Origin: Candidatus Aenigmatarchaeota archaeon
GTDB lineage: Archaea; Aenigmatarchaeota; Aenigmatarchaeia; CG10238-14
Length of the DNA: 44,107 bases
Direction: 5' to 3'
Assembly (NCBI GenBank): GCA_014728985.1
Contig: WJKS01000097.1
Location: 1-44,107, forward strand
A model generated the notes under the pieces. That model had not been told where the DNA came from and did not search any database. It saw only the letters and a list, made by a program, of their open reading frames with translations. Made by a program: the position numbers and the translations under genes. Shown here one piece after another: positions 36,273-44,107 of this stretch (position 1 is its first letter; each line of letters begins with the position of its first letter).

Positions 36273-36644
36273 ATGGGGATTAAAAAAGAAGTATTAAAGA
36301 ATCTTTTAAAGAGACCTTCAACTAGTAAATATCCAGGAAAGGAAATTGATCCTGAAGACAGGTTTAGGGGAAAAATCACTTTTGATAAAAAAGAATGTAT
36401 AGGATGTGGGCTTTGCAGAGCTTTTTGTCCAGCCGAATGTATAACACTAACCTGGAGAAAGAAGAAATTCGTTGTAAGGGGAGTTGAACATCAAAAAATA
36501 ATTCACCCAATTCACAAAATAGATATAGGTAAATGTATTCGATGTGGTCTATGCGTAGATGTATGTCCCGTGGATTGTATTTGGTTTACCAGTAAATTTG
36601 AATTGGCTGATAAGGATAAGAAAAAATTAATTAGTAAAATGTGA
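36273..36644 (+). CDS. 2x[4Fe-4S] ferredoxin subunit (NuoI / MbhN / EchF-like)
   Basis: CIGCGLCRAFCP and CIRCGLCVDVCP motifs. It starts directly after the NuoH-like stop. Confidence 0.9.
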   Translation: MGIKKEVLKNLLKRPSTSKYPGKEIDPEDRFRGKITFDKKECIGCGLCRAFCPAECITLTWRKKKFVVRGVEHQKIIHPIHKIDIGKCIRCGLCVDVCPVDCIWFTSKFELADKDKKKLISKM

Positions 36645-36657
36645 TAATTATTTCCCT

Positions 36658-38091
36658 ATGAAAAGGGATAAATCCTCACTAACCTATGACGATTTTTTCC
36701 GTTCAGTTTCTGACATCCTAGAGAAAAGGAGCCTTCTGATAATTTTATTTGTTTTTTCAACAGTATTTTTCATTTTCCAATATACCACAGAACTCTCATG
36801 GGATTTTACTGTTTATTTGATGAACGCAAAGTATTTCTTGGAAGAAATAAACTTTTTTGAGTGGGCTAGGCCCCCCTTACCGTCATTTTTAATGAGTTTA
36901 TTTAGTGTTTTTGGTTGGAAAGTATCGCCTATCATTTACATAATCTTCACGTCTTTCCTATTTCTATTTTCTTCTGTAAAATTGGCAAGTTCTTTTGGTT
37001 TTAATGAGAATTTATTCTATTTAATTTCTCTATCACCTTATGTTCTCATATACGGGACTTTTATTGGTACGGAATTGTTGGCATTTTCATTAATAGAACT
37101 TTTTTTAGCATATTTCAAAGAAGGTAGGGAGAGAATCGCAGCCATATTTTTGGGACTTTCCACCCTGGTTCGGTATCCAAATATCATATTCCTATCTCTA
37201 CTCGCATTCCATAAAAAACCTAAGAAGATATTTGTCTCTTTTCTTTTAGTAGGCCTCATTTGGGTTCCTTGGCTGACTTTTAATTATATCAAATCCGGGA
37301 GCCCCTTGACTAGTTTCTTAGACTCTTATGCGTTAAATATCTCCAACAGAAATAATAACTTTTATCTAGATTTCCGTAACTTCCTTTTGATTGGACTTCT
37401 TTTCCCGACCTTTATTTTAGGTTTAAGTCGTTTTGAGGTCAAAAATAAATTTCATTGGATTTTCCTGTTGATATTTTCACTGTCTTTATTTTCATATCTT
37501 AATGTTCCTGTTAAAGTTGAAAGATACCTTTTCAATTTTAGCCTTCCTTTAATATTCTTTTCATCCCTTTATTTGGAAGGGAAATTAAACAAAAAAATGA
37601 TGCTAATGCTTTTCATCTCGAGTTTATTTTTCTCTCTGTTCTTATTCAATCTTAGGGATTATGGTTATGGTGGAAGCGGTAGGAATCTTGAAAAAATTAT
37701 TGAAGGTATGGAAAAATGTAGAACTAAGTCAAATAATTGGGTTTTTCTGAATCATCTTGGTTTTACAACCGAACCATCTCCTTGGAAGACTAAGGTTTCA
37801 GAGGATATAGGAGAGGGTGTCAGGATCTTGTTCTTCAAAAACATATCAGATCCAGCTTACGTTCAAAACCAAACATTCCTTTCAGAGTTTCCGGTAATAA
37901 AGGATGGGGACTATTATATTTTATTAGGATATCCTGATGTTTGTCTGGACCAAATACCTGCCACTAAGACCTATATAGAAAGATTTGAGGAAAACACTGG
38001 AGAAAAATTAAGTACATGTGAAATAATTTTAGGGAACTTTATATGCGATTTTATGGACCATAACCAAAATCTTGATATTTCAATAAGATAA
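36658..38091 (+). CDS. Polytopic membrane protein, possible GT-C type glycosyltransferase
   Basis: About 11 TM helices followed by a soluble C-terminal ~130 aa. No diagnostic motif was recognised. Confidence 0.4.
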   Translation: MKRDKSSLTYDDFFRSVSDILEKRSLLIILFVFSTVFFIFQYTTELSWDFTVYLMNAKYFLEEINFFEWARPPLPSFLMSLFSVFGWKVSPIIYIIFTSFLFLFSSVKLASSFGFNENLFYLISLSPYVLIYGTFIGTELLAFSLIELFLAYFKEGRERIAAIFLGLSTLVRYPNIIFLSLLAFHKKPKKIFVSFLLVGLIWVPWLTFNYIKSGSPLTSFLDSYALNISNRNNNFYLDFRNFLLIGLLFPTFILGLSRFEVKNKFHWIFLLIFSLSLFSYLNVPVKVERYLFNFSLPLIFFSSLYLEGKLNKKMMLMLFISSLFFSLFLFNLRDYGYGGSGRNLEKIIEGMEKCRTKSNNWVFLNHLGFTTEPSPWKTKVSEDIGEGVRILFFKNISDPAYVQNQTFLSEFPVIKDGDYYILLGYPDVCLDQIPATKTYIERFEENTGEKLSTCEIILGNFICDFMDHNQNLDISIR

Positions 38092-38100
38092 ACTTATAAT

Positions 38101-39564
38101 ATGGAAGTTCATAAAATTTTGATTGATGGTAAATGGATTAAGTCCGATTCTGGTGAGACCTTTGAGAGTGTTAATCCTGCTACTGAGGAAGTAATTGGGA
38201 AATTCCAACAAGGAAATGGAGAAGATGTAAAAGCTGCCATAGATGCTGCAGAAGATGCATTTGAAAAATGGTCTAGTTATCCTGCTCCGAGAAGGGGGGA
38301 AGTTCTTTTCAAGGCTTATCAGTTGTTAAAAAGAGATAAGGAAAGACTAGGTAAGTTAGTAACCAGTGAAATGGGAAAAGTTCTTCCAGAAGGTTTGGGC
38401 GATGTTCAGGAAGCAATTGATATGACTGCTTATATGGCCGGAGAAGGTAGAAGATTATTCGGACATACCACACCTTCAGAATTACCTGATAAATTCTGTA
38501 TGACAATACGTCAACCTTTAGGTGTAGTCGGGTTAATCAGTCCTTGGAATTTTCCTGTAGCCATACCTGCTTGGAAATTAATGCCAGCGTTAGTTTGTGG
38601 TAATACTGTAGTTTTCAAACCAGCATCTGATACTCCCTTGTGCGCTATAGAATTAGTAAAGATTCTTGAGGAAGCCGGTTTACCAAAAGGTGTTGTTAAT
38701 CTAGTCACAGGTCCAGGTTCTATTGTAGGAGAAGAAATAGTAACCAACCCAAAAATAAGAGCCATATCTTTCACAGGTTCCAGGGAGGTGGGAATAGAAG
38801 TTAGAAAAAAGGCTGAACTCAAGAAAGTTGGCTTGGAATTAGGAGGAAAGAACGGCATTATAATTATGGATGATGCTGATTTGGACTTGGCTTTGGATGG
38901 TGTTTTATGGGGAGGGTTCGGTACAACTGGTCAAAGATGTACCGCTGCTTCAAGGGTAATTATTCACAAAAAAATCAAGAATAAGTTTCTCGATATGCTC
39001 TTCGAGAGGACGAAGATTCTTAAAGTGGGTGATGGACTGAAAAAGGACACAGAAGTTGGTCCTTTGGTTAACAAAAAGGCAGTTGAGAAGGTTGATAAAT
39101 ACACACAAATAGGGCTGGATGAAGGTGCTAAACTTCTTTATGGTGGGAGAAAAGTGGGGGGAAAAGGATTCTTTTATCAACCCACAATTTTCACTAATGT
39201 TGATGTAGATATGAGGATAGCCCAGGAAGAGATATTCGGACCAACAGTTTCGGTTATTGAAATCGATAGTTTAGATGAGGCAATCAATGTTATGAACTCA
39301 ATCAATTATGGTTTATCGTCTTCAATTTATACACAGGATGTTAACAGAGCTTTTAAGGCAATTGAGAAAATTGAATCTGGGCTTACCTATGTTAATGCAA
39401 GTACAATCGGATCAGAAGTTCATCTACCATTTGGTGGGGTTAAAGATACAGGTAACGGAACAAGGGAAGGAGGAATTGAAGGAATTCATGAATTCTCAGA
39501 GACAAAAACCGTTTATGTTGATTATTCCGGAGTTTTACAAAGGGCTCAGATAGATATTGAATAA
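38101..39564 (+). CDS. NAD(P)+-dependent aldehyde dehydrogenase
   Basis: FTGSREVG, catalytic Glu ELGGKN, catalytic Cys GQRCTAASR and C-terminal EEIFGP. Length 487 aa. Confidence 0.93.
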   Translation: MEVHKILIDGKWIKSDSGETFESVNPATEEVIGKFQQGNGEDVKAAIDAAEDAFEKWSSYPAPRRGEVLFKAYQLLKRDKERLGKLVTSEMGKVLPEGLGDVQEAIDMTAYMAGEGRRLFGHTTPSELPDKFCMTIRQPLGVVGLISPWNFPVAIPAWKLMPALVCGNTVVFKPASDTPLCAIELVKILEEAGLPKGVVNLVTGPGSIVGEEIVTNPKIRAISFTGSREVGIEVRKKAELKKVGLELGGKNGIIIMDDADLDLALDGVLWGGFGTTGQRCTAASRVIIHKKIKNKFLDMLFERTKILKVGDGLKKDTEVGPLVNKKAVEKVDKYTQIGLDEGAKLLYGGRKVGGKGFFYQPTIFTNVDVDMRIAQEEIFGPTVSVIEIDSLDEAINVMNSINYGLSSSIYTQDVNRAFKAIEKIESGLTYVNASTIGSEVHLPFGGVKDTGNGTREGGIEGIHEFSETKTVYVDYSGVLQRAQIDIE

Positions 39565-39601
39565 ATTAAAACAGATTATTTATTCTATTTTCTACTAAAT
39601 T

Positions 39602-40753
39602 ATGCTCATGAAGATAGCTCTTTTTACCGATGTTTACAAAATTTGTGGAGTCTCTAAGATGATCTACCATCTGGTAAAATATTGTGAAAAAAATCGGATA
39701 GATATTACAGTTTTCATGGTTTCCCCAAAGGAAAAAATCAAGACAGTGGGAAAACTTAATTCTGGGAAAAACGTTAAAATTATTCGTCTTAAAACCAGAT
39801 TCTCGTTTGAAATATACCCGGATCTTTTTTTGGATCTAAGTTACAGAAACACAAAAAAAATTGAAGAAGAGTTTGAAAAAACTGATTTTGATGTTATAAT
39901 TTCACCAACCCCGGGAGTCATGGGCGTAAGGGCAGTTCAATTCTCAAAAAAGTACGAGATTCCTCTAATATTCATACATACCACAAGAATCCCGGAATAC
40001 GCTGCTATTTATGCGGAAAAAGCGTTTGGGCTGAAATTGTTTGAGGATTCTCTGAGGGAATTAATGTGGTCTTTTATGAAGTTCTTCTATGAAAATTCTA
40101 CCTTAGTCCTGGCAACCACACCCGAAATGAAGCAAGAGTTGAAAGAGAGAGTAGATATCCCTGTGGAGATTTATTCGCGTGGAGTAGATTCAAGAAAATT
40201 CTCTCCAAATTTCAGGAAGGAACATGGTAAAGTTAGGCTTATTCATGTAGGAAGAATATCGGCTGAGAAAAATCTTGATATGATGGTAGAAGTCTTAGAG
40301 AAAGAAATATTACCTGACTATGATGATGTTGAAGTACAAATTATAGGAGATGGCCCTTATATCGAAAAATTGGTCGATGAATTTCCTGCCGCCGATTACA
40401 CTGGATTTTTAACTGACCGGAAACTCTCGGAAGCATTTGCAAGTGGAGACATCTTTCTCTTTCCATCTTTATCAGAAACTTTTGGACAGGTTGTATTAGA
40501 AGCCATGGCTTCTGGTCTTCCTGTAGTTGCAATGGACTCCGAAGTTCTAAGAGATAAAATAAAAGAAGGCGAAACTGGTTTTTTGTGTAAATCTAAGAAG
40601 GGGTTTGCGGAAAAGATAAGGTTCCTAATAGAGAATCCGGATAAAAGAAAAGAAATGGGAAAAAAGGCTGTAGAAGAGGCTAAAAAATGCAGTTGGGATG
40701 GAGTTAATTCCAGATTGATGGAAATAGTTAAAAAAGTAATGGAAAAGACTTAA
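39602..40753 (+). CDS. Family 4 (GT-B, group 1) glycosyltransferase
   Basis: C-terminal SETFGQVVLEAMASGLPVV (EX7E region) and N-terminal KIALFTD. An alternative start is ATG 39608. Confidence 0.88.
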   Translation: MLMKIALFTDVYKICGVSKMIYHLVKYCEKNRIDITVFMVSPKEKIKTVGKLNSGKNVKIIRLKTRFSFEIYPDLFLDLSYRNTKKIEEEFEKTDFDVIISPTPGVMGVRAVQFSKKYEIPLIFIHTTRIPEYAAIYAEKAFGLKLFEDSLRELMWSFMKFFYENSTLVLATTPEMKQELKERVDIPVEIYSRGVDSRKFSPNFRKEHGKVRLIHVGRISAEKNLDMMVEVLEKEILPDYDDVEVQIIGDGPYIEKLVDEFPAADYTGFLTDRKLSEAFASGDIFLFPSLSETFGQVVLEAMASGLPVVAMDSEVLRDKIKEGETGFLCKSKKGFAEKIRFLIENPDKRKEMGKKAVEEAKKCSWDGVNSRLMEIVKKVMEKT

Positions 40754-41184
40754 ACCTGTGATAAAATTTTCGATATATTCTCGGTTAGGTTATTTTTGTT
40801 TTTTTCTAATTCTCGACTTAATCCTTCACCATAATTTGTATCCTCCACTTTTATCCCGATAATTCGAATTTCGGTTTCTGGGAAAAAATTTCTGAAAATT
40901 TTGACAGATATACCATGTGTAGATAGACTTTCATTAAGTACATCATCTATTTGAAAAACTCTGATCTCACCTGCTTCACCATCAAATTCAGCGGCGTCAA
41001 TAAAATAGATAACACCGGGTTCAAATTCCTTTATTTTACTAATGTAATTTTCGGGGTTAGTCTCCGCCCGGACGAACATCAGATCTTGATCTTTTGTTCT
41101 TTTTTTAAGTTTCTCAACAATAATGTTCCCTATGTTATCGTCCTTTTTAAGAGGATTACCTATACCTATAATAACTTTCTTCAT
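40750..41184 (-). CDS. hycI: Hydrogenase maturation endopeptidase (HycI-type)
   Basis: VIIGIGNPLKKDDNIGNIIVEKL (GxGNxxxxDDxxG) plus a downstream H in LSTHGIS. Short form (144 aa), which fits group 4 enzymes. Confidence 0.8.
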   Translation of the reverse strand: MKKVIIGIGNPLKKDDNIGNIIVEKLKKRTKDQDLMFVRAETNPENYISKIKEFEPGVIYFIDAAEFDGEAGEIRVFQIDDVLNESLSTHGISVKIFRNFFPETEIRIIGIKVEDTNYGEGLSRELEKNKNNLTENISKILSQV

Positions 41185-41219
41185 AAGTATTTTTTAATCT
41201 CTGAGGATTAAGTATTTAG

Positions 41220-41279
41220 AAAAATTTGGAAAAATAAAAAACCTTAACTTATGGACTAGTTGTGAATCGTAGCTGAGTC
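41220..41279. repeat. 60-nt exact repeat (copy 1) at the 3' end and terminator of pilin gene 1; copy 2 at 41665-41724 (445-bp period)
   Basis: aaaaatttggaaaaataaaaaaccttaacttatggactagttgtgaatcgtagctgagtc is identical in both places. Confidence 0.9.
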
Positions 41280-41639
41280 TGTATGTCCCGGTAACCCCCC
41301 GGTTACATTATATGTTATCGTTATATCGACGTCTCCAGATGTAGGAACACTTGTTATTGTAATTTCATCTCCTGGATTATAAGTTCCTGTCCCGGTTGCA
41401 CCACTTGGCGTTGAAGTTATATCATCAACTATTATTTCGTTTGGACCATTTCTAATCAATAATGTCCCACCACTGTAATCCACAAACGCGAAATTACTGA
41501 AACATGGGCTACATGCTACTGAGCTACTGGTATTAAAAACTCCCATCGCAAATAAAGCTCCGATGACTACAATTATAATCAGTATTGCCCATCCATAAGT
41601 CATCAAATATTCCATTGCTGCCTGTCCTTTCTTTCTCAT
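41256..41639 (-). CDS. Archaeal type IV pilin-like protein with class III signal peptide (DUF361-type)
   Basis: MRKKG|QAAMEYLMTYGWAILIIIVVIGALFAMGVF: a short basic leader, G-1/Q+1, a conserved Glu, then a hydrophobic helix. The C-terminal domain is Thr/Gly-rich. Confidence 0.85.
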   Translation of the reverse strand: MRKKGQAAMEYLMTYGWAILIIIVVIGALFAMGVFNTSSSVACSPCFSNFAFVDYSGGTLLIRNGPNEIIVDDITSTPSGATGTGTYNPGDEITITSVPTSGDVDITITYNVTGGLPGHTDSATIHN

Positions 41640-41700
41640 GAATTAACCTCTAATCTAAAGTACCAAAAATTTGGAAAAATAAAAAACCTTAACTTATGGA

Positions 41701-42075
41701 CTAGTTGTGAATCGTAGCTGAGTCGCTGTGTTCCAAACCAGATGCTGTAACATTGTATGTTATCGTTAGATCAACGTCCCCTGAAGTAGAGACTCCAGTA
41801 ATCGTTATATCCTCACCTGGTTCTGCTGTTGTTGAACCTGCTGTACCACCAGTTACAGATATGTCTTGAATCTCCTGTGGTCCGTTTCTAATCAATAATG
41901 TCCCACCACTGTAATCCACAAACGCGAAATTACTGAAACATGGGCTACATGCTACTGCACTTTCTGTCTTAAATACTCCCATTGCAAACAGGGCACCTAC
42001 AACTACAATTATAATCAGTATTGCCCATCCATAAGTCATCAAATATTCCATTGCTGCCTGTCCTTTCTTTCTCAT
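41701..42075 (-). CDS. Archaeal type IV pilin-like protein with class III signal peptide (tandem paralog)
   Basis: The first ~70 aa are nearly identical to the neighbouring pilin. The middle is divergent and the C-terminal end (DSATIHN) is identical. Confidence 0.85.
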   Translation of the reverse strand: MRKKGQAAMEYLMTYGWAILIIIVVVGALFAMGVFKTESAVACSPCFSNFAFVDYSGGTLLIRNGPQEIQDISVTGGTAGSTTAEPGEDITITGVSTSGDVDLTITYNVTASGLEHSDSATIHN

Positions 42076-42177
42076 TTAATGACCTCTGAAATTATTTGAT
42101 TTCTTCACTTAATAAGTTTTTCTTAAGGTAGAAGGTGATTAAAAAGAAATTAATATCCGAAAAGCAAACAATTAGTT

Positions 42178-42843
42178 ATGACTTCAGAGAGGATTAAGAC
42201 TGGATTAAAAGGGCTTGATAAACTGATAGAGGGCGGCTTTGTTAAAAAATCCTGTGTTTTGTTATCAGGAGAAACTGGAACTGGAAAAACAATATTTGGA
42301 TTTCAATTTCTTAAAGAGGGAATAGAAAATAATGAAAATGGATTATACATCACCTTAGAGCAACTTCCAGATGAGATACATGGAGATATGGAAAGATTTG
42401 GTTGGGATTATAAGAAAAATTCCCATCTTGTAATTGAGCATATAGAGCCGTCTGAGATTGAACGTGTAGAAAGTATAATAGCAAAACAAATAATAGAGAA
42501 TGATTCTAAAAGAGTGGTAATAGACTCCTTGACATTGATAGGAAGTTACGTCGGAAATGCTAAGGATATCCGGAGGAAATATTACAATATAGTTAGAACG
42601 CTTAAGAAGACTGGATGTACGGCTTTACTCATCTCTGAAATACCTGAGGGAAAGACAGGTCTTAGTCGCTTTGAGATTGGAGAGTTTCTGGTTGATGGAG
42701 TTATCCAGCTGAAATGCGGTGTAGAAGTAGTTGGTGGGAAACCAAGAAGTTTGATAGTGAGGAAGATGAGAAGAACAAATCACGATCTAGATGTTCATCC
42801 GATAGAAATAAGTAAAAAAGGAATGAAATTATCTTCTAAGTAA
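42178..42843 (+). CDS. Single-domain KaiC/RecA-superfamily ATPase (ArlH/FlaH-like size and layout)
   Basis: GLDKLIEGGFVKKSCVLLSGETGTGKT (Walker A), VVIDSL (Walker B), 221 aa. It is divergent from the pilin genes. Confidence 0.8.
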   Translation: MTSERIKTGLKGLDKLIEGGFVKKSCVLLSGETGTGKTIFGFQFLKEGIENNENGLYITLEQLPDEIHGDMERFGWDYKKNSHLVIEHIEPSEIERVESIIAKQIIENDSKRVVIDSLTLIGSYVGNAKDIRRKYYNIVRTLKKTGCTALLISEIPEGKTGLSRFEIGEFLVDGVIQLKCGVEVVGGKPRSLIVRKMRRTNHDLDVHPIEISKKGMKLSSK

Positions 42844-43339
42844 CCTTAAGCTCAAAGCTGCAGGAAGTTTTACCTTCTGCTATACAAATTGTTTCTTTAC
42901 AACTCGCTTTTTTTCCTGTCGTCTTTTCGAACAGATTTTTTAATATACCACATATCAAATAGCACACAGGTTCTTTCTGTTCCCCATATTTGGATTGGTA
43001 TAATTTAGCAAAATTATTATCTTTTATTTCAAAGGTCGCTTCTTTATCAGACATTGAGACCACATGGAGTTTACCGAATCCACTAACGTTGAATAGACCT
43101 GTCCATAAATTGGATATTTTATCCTCTTCTATCGCGAACCTTTTTTTGAAGTGATTAATTACAGAATCTGACATCAGATAACCAAACCTTTCCATTTTTT
43201 TTGGAGTTACTTCCTTTTGGAATTCAACCAATGCTGCAAGTGGTTGCATACTGAAGTTTAATTCAAATATCTCTATTCCCTTCTCGGTGAAGGATGCTTG
43301 TCTTGTCGTCAAAAGCTTGGAAAGAAATGATGATATCAT
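42836..43339 (-). CDS. V4R (4-vinyl reductase-like) domain protein
   Basis: The C-terminal CYLICGILKNLFEKTTGKKASCKETICIAEGKTSCSFELKV matches the Cys pattern I recall for V4R small-molecule-binding domains. Confidence 0.6.
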   Translation of the reverse strand: MISSFLSKLLTTRQASFTEKGIEIFELNFSMQPLAALVEFQKEVTPKKMERFGYLMSDSVINHFKKRFAIEEDKISNLWTGLFNVSGFGKLHVVSMSDKEATFEIKDNNFAKLYQSKYGEQKEPVCYLICGILKNLFEKTTGKKASCKETICIAEGKTSCSFELKVT

Positions 43340-43815
43340 TCTAAGGTCATACTCCTTATCTTGGTTAGTTTAGTCCATTTATCATAGGTCAATGAATCCT
43401 CTTCTTCTGTATTAACTTCTACAAGATTCTTGAGGATCATCTTTACCTTATCTTCGTCTACAGTCTTATCAATTATTTTTTTCAGTGATTTCGAGAAATT
43501 TTCTGCTCTGTCTTTTTCAATGAAATGTGCTATCAATGCTGCTGGGGTTTGGTACATTACTTCTAGGAATCCACCTTTTGGGAATAGGAATCTTTTGTAG
43601 AACTTTTCTCCGATAACGTCTTCTCCTATGAAACTGAATTCTTCTCCAAACTCTTTTTCTAGTTTTTCTATGAATTTGAATAAGGCCTTTTCTGATTTCT
43701 CAGTTTTCTGATTTAACTCTCCTATATTAGTTGGATCAGTTTTAATCATAGGTAGCTCAAAGGGCAATGCTTCAGGGAGATCAATCAGAACAACGTAGGT
43801 GTGCTTGGACTTCAT
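43336..43815 (-). CDS. Hypothetical protein, translationally coupled to the V4R gene
   Basis: 159-aa ORF with a 4-nt overlap onto the downstream gene. No family was recognised. Confidence 0.45.
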   Translation of the reverse strand: MKSKHTYVVLIDLPEALPFELPMIKTDPTNIGELNQKTEKSEKALFKFIEKLEKEFGEEFSFIGEDVIGEKFYKRFLFPKGGFLEVMYQTPAALIAHFIEKDRAENFSKSLKKIIDKTVDEDKVKMILKNLVEVNTEEEDSLTYDKWTKLTKIRSMTLE

Positions 43816-43894
43816 GTTTATCTAAGGATAATTATGGGTTTGGGGGTATTAATGATTGTTACTAAATTATTGATTATTATCTCTAGTGGTGTGA

Positions 43895-44107
43895 ATGAGT
43901 ATTGTCAAGAAATTTAAGAATATTTTTTATGTGAAGTGGAAACCGAGAAAGGAAACTTTAGTGTCATTTATTCTTGGTTCACTCGTAATTTTCTCGAGTA
44001 TTTTGTTGAAATATTTTAATTTAGATACTTTAATTGGAAAAATTGGGTTTTTAGTTCTTAGGGATCTAATAATGGTGTTAATTTTAGGTTTCATCATACC
44101 TTTGTAT
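43895..44107 (+). CDS. Partial (5' end only) membrane protein running off the window
   Basis: The frame from ATG 43895 is open to the window end (71 codons), MSIVKKFKNIFYVKWKPRKETLVSFILGSLVIFSS..., with two hydrophobic segments. Confidence 0.35.
   Translation, partial: MSIVKKFKNIFYVKWKPRKETLVSFILGSLVIFSSILLKYFNLDTLIGKIGFLVLRDLIMVLILGFIIPLY

Overview
AT-rich archaeal chromosomal window. The 16S/23S signatures, ABCE1, class III signal-peptide pilins and bulge-helix-bulge rRNA processing stems all point to an archaeon. The small, unlinked and intron-bearing rRNA genes suggest a DPANN-type lineage, but that is inference. No CRISPR array, transposase or integrase was recognised.

Content, in order:
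1. abce1.
2. A ~14 kb envelope-glycan island (1.9-16.3 kb). It holds three GT2 enzymes, an FAD oxidoreductase, an SDR epimerase, an ArnE-like small transporter, a TIGR03663/PMT-like membrane protein, two tandem YYY (DUF2298) giant membrane proteins and a third YYY-motif membrane protein.
3. A 16S rRNA gene. It carries a 612-nt intron encoding a LAGLIDADG endonuclease with an in-frame TAG, plus a separate 32-nt insertion in the universally conserved 530 loop.
4. A 3.5 kb protein-coding spacer containing tRNA-Ala(UGC).
5. A separately promoted 23S rRNA gene.
6. An S66 LD-carboxypeptidase, an exported bactofilin-like beta-helix membrane protein and a membrane-anchored MsrAB.
7. A flavodoxin gene divergent from a compact Mbh-order group 4 [NiFe]-hydrogenase operon. 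The operon is interrupted by a C45/Ntn-peptidase gene, and its NuoC-like gene has no canonical start codon.
8. An aldehyde dehydrogenase, a GT4 and a HycI-type protease.
9. Two tandem mosaic pilin genes next to a KaiC-like ATPase / V4R / orphan trio.

Best candidates for uncharacterised biology:
- the YYY/TIGR03663 glycan system;
- the peptidase-interrupted minimal hydrogenase with apparent ATA initiation;
- the doubly interrupted 16S gene;
- the pilin plus KaiC-like/V4R module.

All calls come from reading the sequence and the ORF translations. No database search was run.
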